A stretch of 64,000 bases of DNA from Scenedesmus sp. PABB004 (Eukaryota). Shown in pieces: positions 21,382-32,256 of this stretch. The stretch is taken from NCBI GenBank assembly GCA_014905635.1, contig CM026547.1, positions 2,542,001 through 2,606,000 on the forward strand. The letters run 5' to 3'. The translations under genes were made by a program, and so were the position numbers. Within the stretch, counting starts at the first letter, position 1. Every line of letters starts with the position of its first letter. Below the pieces are notes generated by a model. The model worked only from the letters and a program-made list of their open reading frames with translations. It searched no databases and had not been told where the DNA came from.

Positions 21382-24300
21382 ATGACGGTGGCGCCCGAGG
21401 ACCCGGCGCCGGCCTGGCCGGCGGCGGAGGCGAAGGTGCTGCTGCACCTGCTGCTCGACGCGAGCCCCGAGGCCGTGTTCGAGGACCTCTTCGGCTCCTA
21501 CCCCGCCCTGCAGGTGGGCGCGCCCGCTGGCGCCCGGGAGCGCCGCGCGTCGGCGCGTGCGCCGCGCGCGAGCGCCGCCGCCGCGCGTCGCCGCCGCCGC
21601 AGGCGAAGCTGCACAAGCTCCGTGGCGACACCAACTGCGCCGAGTCGCCCTGGGTGTCCAGCCGCGGCGAGCTGCCGGCGCAGGTGTTTGTGTGGCCGGC
21701 GCCGCCCGCGGGCGCCGACCCGGGCACGCCGCGCGCGGGCGCGGTGCGCAAGGTGCGCTTCGACGCGCCCGCGTCGCTCGCGAGCAAGGCGTTCTCCAGC
21801 GAGGAGGTCCAGCGCGTGCTGCATCACGCGCCGGGGGCGTACGCGGTGGAGGTGGCGGTCGACACGAGCGCGATGTACGGCGACCAGTTCACCATCCTCG
21901 CGCGCGCGGTCATCGTGTCGCGCGGCGCCCGCCAGACGCAGCTCCACCTCTCCTACGCGGTCGCGTTCAAGCCCTCCCTCAGCCGCCTGCTGCGCCCCAT
22001 GGTCGCCAAGGGCGTCGACGGTGCGCCGCCGGCGCCGGCGGCGGCGGCCCTGCGCGGCGCGGCGCGCGCCAACGGCGCCGGCTGCAGCAGCGGTTTGGTG
22101 GTGGTCCCCTCCCCCTCTCCCCCCCCCCCCACCCCGTTTGCTGACCGCCCCCCCCCTGTGCCCGTGCGCGCGCAGGCGGCATCCGCGCCACCTACGCCCT
22201 CATCAAGCGCCTCCTGCAGGAGCAGTACACCGCGCGCGACCTCCCCGACGCCGCGCCGCCGCCGGCGCTGCCGGGCGGCGCGGGCGCCGCGCCGCGCGCC
22301 GGCGCCGGCGCCGCGGACGCGGGCCCGGCGCCGGCGCCGGCGCCGCGGGCCGCCGCCGCGGTCGGCGGCGGCGGGGGGCTGGCGGGCGGGCCGCTGCTGG
22401 GGCTGGCCGATTACCTGGTGTATCGGGAGCTTGTGGCGCGCCTGCTGGCGCTGCCCGACCCCGCGCTGCTGGCCAGGGCGCTCGCGCTGTGCCTCACGCT
22501 CGGCACGGTGCACGCGCTGCTCGGCGCGCTCGCGCCGCTTGCCGCGGCGTGCGCCGGCGCGCAGCGCGGCGCGCCCGCGGCGCTGCTCTGCTGGCCGCTC
22601 GCGGCGCTGGGCGTGCCGCGCAGCGTCGGCGAGGTCGTGGCCGCGATGCTGCTCGTGGCCGCGGCCAACCGCCTGCTCATGCTCGGCGCCTCGGCGGCCG
22701 CGGCCTGGCTCGAGGCGACCGGCGGGCGCGCCGCCGCGGCGCCCGGCGCGGCGCTGGCCGAGCCGGCTGCGGCGGCGGCGGCCAACGGCGAGGAGGCCGC
22801 GCCGCGCGCCGGCGGCGGCGCCGCGGACGAGCGCGGGGGCGGCCCGGCGCGGCGCGGCCGCGCGGCGCCGGGCGGCGGCTCCGCGCCGGTGCCCATCCCC
22901 GGCCGCAGCGCCGCCGACGGTGCGGGCCCCGGCAGCGGCGGCGGCAGCGGCAGCGGCGAGGGCCTGCTGGGCGTGATGACGGGCTGGGGGCGCAACCTGC
23001 TGGGCGCCAACGTCGTCGACTCGCTCGCCGCCAACGAGGGACTCAAAGCCTTCATGGCAGGTGGGCCCCTGCCCTGCCTGCCAGCTCAAGGCTCGCCAGC
23101 CAGTCCTGGCCCCGCAGCCTGCGCGCGCGCCGCACGGCCCCGCGCCGGCCGTGCGCAGCGGCCGACCGCCGCCGCCGCCGCCGCCGCCGCGCGCAGGCTC
23201 GTGGCAGCGCCCCGGCGTGCTGGCGGAGGGCGGCGCGGACGGCGGCGGCGCGGCGCCCGGCCGCGCGAAGCGGCCGTCGCGGGCGCCGGCGCCGCCGGCG
23301 GCCAACGGCGCCCCGAGCGGCAGCAGCAGCAGCGGCGCGGCGGGCGGCGGCAGCCGGTCGCACCGCAAGACGAGCAGCTTCACCGCGAGCATGGACCCGT
23401 CGGGTCTGAACATCATCGAGGACTACGCCGCCACCGCGCCCACGCCCCCGCCGCCGCCGCCGCTGCCGCGCCTGCCCGAGGAGCGCGGCTCGCCGGCGTC
23501 GCCGGCGGGGCTGGCGCGCGCGCTCAGCAGCGTGTCGGCGGCGGCGGCCGAGGCGCCGGCGCCTGCGCGCGGCGGCAGCGCCGCCGCGTCGTCGCCCGCG
23601 TCGGCGGGCAGCCCCGGCAGCCGCAGCCGCAGCCCCAGCCCCAGCCCCGCCAAGCCGCCCGGCAGCAGGCCGGGCAGCCGGCTGTCCGGGGCCGCCGCGC
23701 CTGCGGCGGCGGCCAAGGCCTCCGACACCGAGCCCGCCTCGGCGGACGGCGCCAGCCGGCAGCCGCTGCTGGCCGACAGCGCCGTGGCGGACGAGGGCGG
23801 CGAGGAGGCGGGCGAGCGCGCCGGCGGCGCCGGCCCGGCGCCGGCGCGCGCAGGCAGCGCCGGCAGCCGCGCCGTCGCGCGCAGCCCGGGCGCCGGCGGC
23901 AGCGGCGGCGGCTCGCCCGGGCGCGCAAGCTCCGCGACCAAGGCCGTGGCCTTTGCCCGCCCGCCGCTGGACAAGCAGGCGAGCAGCTTCAGCGCGGGCA
24001 GCGCGGGCAGCCGCGGCAGTGGCGACGCGCCGCCCTTGCTCGCGCGCCGCTCCGCCAGCCCCGCGCTGTGGGGCGACGGCGGGCTGTTTGGCAGCAGCCC
24101 GCTCGGCGGCCGCCCCGGCAGCGCGGGCCGGCGCAGCGACGGCCTGGCGTGCGAGGGCCTCGGCCCGGGCGGCTACGACGCGCTGAGCCCCGGCAGCGCG
24201 GGGCCGGGCGTGGTGCCTGGCGAGGAGGAGGCGGACGAGGTCGAGGTGGAGGTGTTTGAGCACGAGCGCCACCAGCCCTTCCGCGGCTGGGGCCACTCCT

Positions 24301-26389
24301 GGCCCGGCCACTTCCTGCCCAGCGACCGGGTGCGTTCGCCGGGGGGACGCAGGGCGCGCCGCCAGCGCCGCCGCCGTCGCCGCCGCCGGCTGCCGACGGC
24401 CGCCGCGCCGACGCGCGCGCGCGCGCGCCGCGGCCGCCGCAGGTGGGCCACTGGGGCGACCGCTGGGGCGCGCCCGGCGGCGCGCCGTCGATGCTCTTTG
24501 ACCGCGTCGCGCCGAAACTGCCCGTCGGCTGGGGCTGGGCGGAGGGCAGCGAGTGGGGCGTCGACATGACCGGGATCGAGGCGGAGGCGTGTGACGCTGA
24601 GGGCTGGGCCTACTCCATGGACTTCTCCTGGTTCGACTGGCCCCCCGCGCCGCAGCAGGGCCGGCCGGGCATCAAGAGCTTTGTGCGGCGGCGGCGCTGG
24701 GCGCGCACGCGCGTGCGCCTGCCGCCGGGGACCTACGACCCCGCGCCGCCCGAGCCGGAGCCGGCGCTGCTGCCGGCGTCGCTCGGCCGCCACGCGAGCG
24801 GCGGCAGCGAGGGCGGGCTCATGGCCGGCCTGGGCGCGGGCCTGGGCCTGGCCGGCGTGGGCGACGGCGGCGCGGCGGCCGCCGCGACCGCCGCAGCCGC
24901 GGCGGCGAGCGCGATGATGGCCCGCTTCGTGCGCGCCGTGAGCGACCTGCCCAGCCCCGGCGGCGCCGGCGCCGACGCGCCCGCCGACGCGCCCGCGCCG
25001 CCGGGCGGCGACGGCGCCGGCCCCGGCAGCAGCAGCAGCGCCAGCGAGAGCGCCGGCCGGGGGCCGGCGCCGGGCGAGAGCGGCAACGCCAGCGACAGTG
25101 ACGACAGCAGCAGCGTGGACAGCGAGTCGCCGCCGCCGCGGCCCCCGTTCCCGCCGCCGCTGGAGGGCGTGGCCGCCGCGGGCAGCCCCGGCGCGGGCAG
25201 CGAGGTCGGGCTGCCTTGTGCGCTGGCGCAGCCTGCGGCGGCAGCCGAGGAGGGCGGCGGCGGCGCTGGGCTGCGCGAGCCGCTGGCTGCCGAGCCTGCC
25301 GCGCCGACGCCGACGCCGGCGGACGCGGCGGCTGCAGCCGGGGCGGCTGAGGGGCCGGGCGCGGCGATGGCCGCAGCGGCGGTGGCCGCGGTCACGGCGG
25401 CGGCGGCGGCGGCAGTCGAGGCGGAGCAGCAGGCGGCCGCGGCAGTGGCGGGAGCAGCGGCGCAGCAGCCCACGGAGGAGGCCGCGGCGCCAGAGCTGGC
25501 GGCGGTCGAGGACCCGGCCCAGCCGCCGCCGGCAGCAGAGCGGGCGCCAGCCGCAGCTGCTGCGGACGCGGAGGGGGCTGGCGCGCCTGCCGACGTGCGG
25601 GCGGGCCGCGTGACATTGGGCAGCGGCGAGTGGGTCTGGTCGTCAGCGGAGCCCGCTGCCCCGCCTGCCGCTGCGAGCGCTGCGAGCGAGCCGCCCGCGG
25701 CGGCTGGGGAGGCCGGCGAGCTGCCGGCGTCGCCACCAGCGCCACAGGCGGCGGCGGCGGCAGAGGCGCAGCTGGCGTCGCCGCCCGACGTGCTGGCGGC
25801 GCGCAGCACCGAGCCTCCGACTGTCGGGGCCGGCCCTGCCGGCGTGCCGATCGGCAGCCTCAGGCGGCTGACCTCGCAGGGCAGCGGCGCTGGCAGCGCG
25901 GGCGCCGCGCAGAGCCCGCGCGTGGGCGCGGGCAGGGGCGGGCGCCAGCGCAGCGCCCGCGGCAAGCTCGGCGCGGTGAGCCTGCGCCAGAGCGGAGAGG
26001 GCGCGCTGCGCGGCGCTGGCTCAGGCGCCATGAGCCCCACCGGCGCGCTCAGCCCCACGAGCAGCGGCGTGGGCTCGGGCGCCTCGCAGCCGCCGGCAGC
26101 CGTCGCCGCCGCGGTGACGAGCCCGCCGCCGCCCGCCGAGCTTGGCGGCGGCGGCGGCCCCGCTCGGCCGGCCGCTCGCTCGGCGCCGAAGCCGGCGGCC
26201 ACGGCTGCGGCCGCCGGCGGTGACGAGCTGGGCAGCGGGCTGGCATGGGGCGGCGCGCCGACCGAGGTGCCCCTGGCCGACGCACCCGGCCACGGCGGCG
26301 GCGACGGCAGCGACGGCCCGCCCTGCCCCGCCAGCCCGGGCGCACCGCGCGAGGGCAGCGGGCAGGGCGAGGAGTGGACGGCCTGGTGA
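21382..26389 (+). CDS. VASt (StARkin lipid-transfer) domain + hydrophobic membrane segment + dysferlin (DysF/Pex24p-like) domain protein with long disordered linkers
   Basis: N-terminal VFEDLFG..SPW..RKVRF..EEVQRV..YAVEV..MYGDQFTI..TQLHLSYAVAF pattern (VASt). Hydrophobic stretches at about 22440-22710. EVFEHERHQPFRGW..LPVGWGW..WGVD..EGWAYSMDF..FVRRRRWAR (DysF, about 24240-24720). Stop TGA 26387-26389. Confidence 0.75.
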
Positions 26390-26794
26390 GCGAGCTCGAG
26401 CCCGAGCGCGTGCGCAGCAGGGCGTCGGGCCGTTGAGGCGCGGCGGCAGCAGGATGCGGCGGCGGCGTTGGCACGGGATGGGATGGGGAGGGAGGGGGCT
26501 GTACACCAGGTGACGACAGCGTGTCCACGGGCGGCGGGCGCTGAAATGCGCGTGGCGGCTGTGCCGGGTCGGGCGCGGGGCGGTGCACGACGTCGGCGTG
26601 GTTGCGATGGAGCTTAACCGAACGAAAGCGGTCCCATGCCCCTGCGCCGCCGTCAGCGTCGCTGCCGTTGATCCCAGCTGCCGCACGTGCACGTGCGCGC
26701 ACCCAGTCGTCGCTGCCGTCACCGCTGCTGCCCGCTGCTGCCGCTCGCTGGTCGCTGACCGTGCCCCCGCCCCCGCCGCCGCCCCCGCGCGTGG

Positions 26795-28104
26795 TCAGCT
26801 GAAGAACTGCGCGTTGACCTCCTCCAGCAGCACGCTCGCCTCGCGCGTCGCCGCCGCGAGCGACGCGTCCGAGCTCGTGCCCGCCGGCGCGGCGCCGGGC
26901 GCGGTCTCCTGCAGGCGGCGCGCGAGGATGTCGCGCGCCTCGCGCAGGTTGAGGCGCAGCATGCCCGCGCGCGCGGGGTCGGCGTTGGCGCGCAGGCCCT
27001 CCAGCGCCGCCTTGACGCCGCTCACGGCGACCTTGATCTCACTCATCTCAGACGCTGGCGGCACCAGGCGCCATACCACACGGGGCACACGGGCGGGCGG
27101 GCGGGCGGGCGGGGCATATATGAGAGGGGCGGCGGGGCGGGCAGGAGCGGGGAACGAGCGAGCGAGCGAGCGAGCCGGGGCGGCGGCGGCGCGACGACGC
27201 GCGGGGCGCACCGATCTGGTTCTCCAGCACCGCGTCGGCGGTGTAGATGACCGCCGGCTCGCCGCCGTCCTCCTCGGGCACCGGCGGCGGCGGCGCGTTG
27301 TTGCTCGGCGGCGGCGGGATGAGGCCGTCGAGCTGCGCGACGACGTCGGGCGGCAGCACGACCTTGAGGTTGGCCAGGATGTCCGCCTCCACGCCCGCGC
27401 CGCGCTCCAGGAACGTCACCAGCGTGTCCTCCACCTCCTGCACGGCCGCGAGCACGCGCGGGCGTGGGCGCGCCGCGGGCGTGGGCGCGCCGGCTGCGCC
27501 TCCCCCGCCGGTCGCTCGGCGCGCCCCCCGCTGCGCCGCGCCCACACCTGCAGCACTATCTGCTGCTTCTCCTCCGCCGGCCGCGGGTCCTGCACCAGCG
27601 CTGACACGCGCTCCACGTCCGTCGGCCTGCGCGCCGGCGCGCGCGGCCGGCCGGGGTGAGTGCGCGGCGCGCCGCTGGGCACGCGCGCCCCGCCCGCCGC
27701 CCGCGCCTCACAGCGTCTGCAGCCGCTCCGGCAGCGAGATGAGCGCGCCGAACGCGGCGCGGGCGCCGAACGTGGCAAAGTCCCAGGGCGTCTGGAGCCA
27801 GCGCTCCACCTTGGCGCCTGCGGCCAGCGGCGGCGGCAGCGCCGGTCGCTCGCGGGCCCCCGATCGGGCGGAGGCGCGGCCCAGCAGACGCTGGAGCGGT
27901 CCAGCTTGCGTTGCGTGGCAGGCGTCGGCGACGCCACGCCCGCCATGCGCCAGGGCGGGCGCGGGCGCTGCTGGCATCGCGACCGCGCGCCCCCGCCCCC
28001 GATCGCCACGCGCCTGGCAAGCTGCTGTTGGCCGCATGCACCATGACAGCCCGGGAGCGCGGCGCCGGCCGCGCCAGGCCCGGTCTGCTGGCCGCCAGCT
28101 GCAT
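26795..28104 (-). CDS. Unknown, probably plastid-targeted, helical protein (about 5 exons)
   Basis: MQLAASRPGLARPAPRSRAVMVHA resembles a transit peptide. Exons GAKVERWLQTPWDFATFG.., PTDVERVSALVQDPRP.., EVEDTLVTFLERG.. and ASEMSEIK..EEVNAQFFS* join at canonical-looking sites. The first junction is uncertain. Confidence 0.7.
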
Positions 28105-28299
28105 TTTTCGGCGGGCGGCGCTGCTGCTGCGACGGCCGCGGCGGCGGGCGTGCGATCTGGGCGCGTCGGAGGCTAGCAATGCCTGCAACCAAGCGCTGTG
28201 AGGGCGCCGGCGGCGGCGACGGTGGAGGCCGTGCGCGGCGGCTGCGAGGGGTTGCAGAGCCCTGCGCATGACGGAGCACGGGTGTCACAGCGCTCGCGT

Positions 28300-28304
28300 T
28301 TACA
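28300..28304 (-). terminator. UGUAA poly(A) signal of the kinesin gene
   Basis: TTACA on + about 60 nt beyond the kinesin stop codon. Confidence 0.55.
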
Positions 28305-28365
28305 GTCGGCCGGCTCAACCCACGACCAACGGCCGGGCATGCGCCCACGGCCAGCCCTCGCCCGC

Positions 28366-29189
28366 CTACTGCGCCAGCCCGCCCGCGCGCCGCGACGCCG
28401 CGAGGCGCGCCGTGGCGGTGAGGCCGAGGCGCGGGCTGCCGCCGCCGCTGCTGCCGGCGGGCGAGCCGCCCGCGGCGGGCGAGCCGCCGCCGGTGGCGGA
28501 CGAGCGCGCGGCGCCGAGCTCGACCTTGCGCGCGCGCGCGGCAAACTCGAGGCTGCAGCGGCTCTCGCCCGCGTTCTCGGCGGCGGGGCTGACGCAGCAG
28601 ACCACGAGCGTCTTGGCGCTGCCGCCGAGGCTGTCCTCCAGCAGGCGCGTGAGCTTGGAGTTGCGGTACGGCACGTGCGCCGCGCGCGCCTGCAGCGCCG
28701 CGACGACGTCGCCGAGCGCGGAGAGGCTCCTGTTGATCGCCGCCGCCTCGCGCAGCCGCTCGCCCTCGGCGCCGCTGCGCGACACGCGCTCGCTGCCGGC
28801 GAGGTCGATGAGGTGCAGCCGGCTCGCCCACGACGCGCCTGCGCGGCGGCGTGCGGGGGCAGGCGGTGGGGAGGGCGGGCGAGGGCACGGGTCGGGCGGG
28901 CTCCCGCGCAGTCAACGAGCGAGCTCAAGCTCGAGCTCGAGCCCAGACCCTGCGGCGCGCCAGCCGGCAGCGCGGCGCACCCTTGACGAGGTCTGTGGCG
29001 GCGATGTAGACGGTGAGCACCTGGTGGCTGCGGGAGGAGTGCTCGTTCATGTTGGTCGCAAAGGTGCTGCGGTGCTGCTTGGCCTTCTGCAGCAGCGCCC
29101 CCACGTCCTCGCACGCCAGCACCGGCTCGACGCGCAGGCCGGGCACAAAGAGGCCGCCGGGGCCCTCCTTGACGTCCAGTTTGTCGCCT

Positions 29190-29229
<40 letters not shown>

Positions 29230-31947
29230 GGATCCGCGCGTGACGTGACATGTGCGTGGAGCGCGTGTGACGCGCACGCAGGGGTGCCAGACAGCGCCAG
29301 GGGCGGCGCGCGGCCCGCAGGCGCGCGCGGCGCGCGCACCCGAGTCCTTGGAGCCGGCGAGGAGGTCAATGATCTGCTCGTTGTAGATCTCCAGCACGCT
29401 GGCAGACAGGGAATAAGTCACCTGCCCCTTGCGCTCGGCCGCGGCGCGGAAGAGCTCAGCGAGCGCGCGCGAGTTGACGCCCGGGTCCGCAGGGGGGCCC
29501 TCGATTGTGTGCGTCTTGCCGCTGCCCGTCTGGCCGTACGCCAAGATGCAGGCGTTGAAGCCGTCCAGGCTGCTCGTCACGAGGCCGGAGACCTCGTCAA
29601 ACACCTGCGACGCCGCGCGTGTGCGAGTGTGTATGTGTGGGGAGGGGGGGGGGACGGGGGCACACACCGCCAGCGCGCCGGCCCCACCGCTGGCGCCCGT
29701 TGACCGCCCGGCTGGTCGCGCGCGCACCTGGGCCTGGCTGTCGCCGGGGCCGAGCACGCGGTCAAACTCGTACTCGCGCGGCGGCGCGCCGGGGAGCGCC
29801 ACGCACACCGTGTCGGCGTCCAGCGGGCGCACCGCGGGGTCGGCACTGCCGCCGGTCGCGTGCTCCTTCTCCAGCATCGGCCGCACGCGCGCGATGACCC
29901 GGATGTTGCCCTTGAGCTCCACCACCTGGTCGTGCAGCTTGCGCCGGCGCTCGTACTCGTCGCGCCACTTGGCCGTGATGGCCGCAACCTGCGCCGCCGC
30001 CGCCGCGGCCGCCTCGGCGACGCGCCGGTCAGCGTCGCCGCGCGCCGCCGCGAGCTGCGCGGTGGCGCCGTCCAGCGCCTCCTGCAGCCCCCGGGCCTGC
30101 TCCGCCGCCGCGCGCTGCGCCTTCTGGTGCTCCGCCTGCAGCGCCGACGCGCGCCACTGCTGCTTCTGGGCCTCCGCCTTGGCAGCGGCCAGCTCAGCGG
30201 CCGCGTCCTGCGCCTGCCGCGCCGCCGCCGCGAGCTCGGCCTCCAGGCGCCGCGCGGCGCTGCCGGCCGCCGCCGCCGCCGCCTTGGACAGCGCCGCCTT
30301 GTCGGCGTCCAGGCCCGCGGCCTCGGCCCGCAGCGCCTCGCGCTCGGCCGCGTGCCGCGCCTCCGCGTCGGCGAGCTGCCGCCGCAGCTCCGCCGTCTGC
30401 TCCGCGAGCGCCGCGTGCGCAGCGGCCGCGGCCGCGGCGGCCTCGCCGCTGGCGGCCAGCCGGCCGTCGGCGTGCACGCACTGCGCCTGCAGCCGCAGCT
30501 TGGCGTCCTCCAGCGCCTCGCACCGCGCCGACAGCTCCGCCTGCGCCGCCGCCGCCGCGCCCAGCTGCGCCTGCAGCCCCGCCTGGCGGTCGGCCGCGTC
30601 CGCGGCGGCCGCAGCCGCCGCCGCCTCGAGCTCGGCGACGCGGCCCGCCAGCGCCGCCGCGCGGCCGGCCGCCTGCTCGCTGACCGCGGCCACCGCCGCA
30701 GCGGCGCTGTCCTGGGCGTCGTGCTGCGCGCGGATGGCGTCGCACTGCCCCTGCACCTCGCGCTCCGCGGCGAGCAGCTGCGCGTTGAGCGCGTGCACCT
30801 CGCGCTTGAGCGCCTGCACCTCCTGCTGCGCCTGCGCCAGCACCGCCACGCTCGCGCCCGCGTCCTGCTGCGCCGCGCCGCACGCGTCCGAGAGCGCCGC
30901 AAGCTGCACGCGGAACGCGGCCTCCGCCGACTCGTGCGCCCGCAGCTCCGCCGCCTGTGCCGCCTGCGCGGCCGAGAGCGCCGCCATCTTGGCCGTCAGC
31001 TGCTGCGTCAGCTCCGACGCCGCGCCCAGCGCCGCCTCCTTGGCCGCCGCCGCGGCCGTCAGCTGCGCGACCTGCGCGCGCAGCGCCGCCGCCTCGCGCC
31101 GCTCGGCCTGCAGCGACTGCGCGGCGCTCGCCTCCTGCGCGGCCGCGCGGTCACGCGTCGCCTGCTGCAGCAGCTGCACCTGCGAGATCGCCTTCTCCAG
31201 CTTGCCCTCCATCTTGCGCAGCGCCGCCGCGTGCTGCCGCTCCAGCTCCGCCTGCGGCGGCGCTGCCGCGGCCGCCCCGCCGGCGCTGCGCCGGCGCAGC
31301 GAGCCCATGCCGCGCAGGAGCAGGTCGATCTGGTGCTGCTGGTCCACCAGCAGCTCCGCCACCTCCTCCGCGGCGGCCGCGTCGCCGAGCGCCGCCGCGA
31401 GGCGCGGCGCCGCCGCGTCGACCCGGGCCCTCAGCGCCGCAGCCGCGCGCGCCGCGCCGCCGCCGCCGCCGCCGCCCGCGCCGCCGCTGCTGCCGCCGGC
31501 CGCGGCGGGGTAGTAGGCGCCAATGCCCCCAGCGTCGTCGTCGCCGTCGTCCGGCGCCCCCTCCAGCAGCGCGGCGCCGTCGTCGTCGGCCGCGTCCGCG
31601 AGGCCCTGGTCCGAGGCGGGCGGGCGGGCGGCGCGCGCGCGTCAGCCGCGCGCAGCCCGACGGCAGCTCGGAGCAGTTCGGCCGCAGCTCGGGCGGCAGC
31701 TTCCAGGTGCCGCACCAGCTCCACCAGCAGCTGGCGGTCCGCGGCGGTCGGGCTGCTGCTGCTCTTGCCCGCCCGCGCGGCGCCGCCGTCGGCGCCGCCG
31801 CCCAGCGGCGCCTTGCCCGCCAGCATGCCGGGCGCGCACTCCTGCGGGCGCGGGGCGAGTGAGCGCGCGCGCGCGGAGAGGGCGGGCCGCGGGCCTCTAC
31901 TGCGCGCACGCGGGGCCGACCTTGGAGCGCTTGAACACTGGCGGCAT
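28366..31947 (-). CDS. Kinesin-14 (C-terminal motor) with a long N-terminal coiled coil
   Basis: Neck ELKGNIRVIARVRP, P-loop AYGQTGSGKT, NEHSSRSH, LIDLAGSER and HVPYRNSKLTRLLEDSLGG. About 480 aa Ala/Gln/Glu-rich coiled coil. Short first exon MPPVFKRSK. Confidence 0.93.
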
Positions 31948-32256
31948 GGCGCTGGTCGGTCGGAGCGATGGCGGAGCCCCCGAAAACCGACTGCGCGGCG
32001 GCGAGCGGTGCTCGCCAGCCGCGAGAGGCCGTCTATCGAAAGCGGGTTCTGCTCCCCCGCTGCGCACCCACCGACCAGCGCTGCTCGGGTCGCTCAGTTC
32101 CAAGCACGCCGCTTCTCCGCCGGCGCAGCGAGCTTGCTGGCGCGCCCAGCCGCTGGCGCCGCTCGTCCACCGCCTGCGCTGCTCGCCGCCGCCCGTCCGG
32201 GCCGCCCCCGCACCGTGATGAGCGCCGCCGCCTGACGAACAAAGGCGCCTCCCGCC
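31948..32256. promoter_or_regulatory. Putative bidirectional promoter and 5'UTRs between kinesin-14 and dynein alpha
   Basis: 309 bp between divergent start codons. Position-based inference only. Confidence 0.5.
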
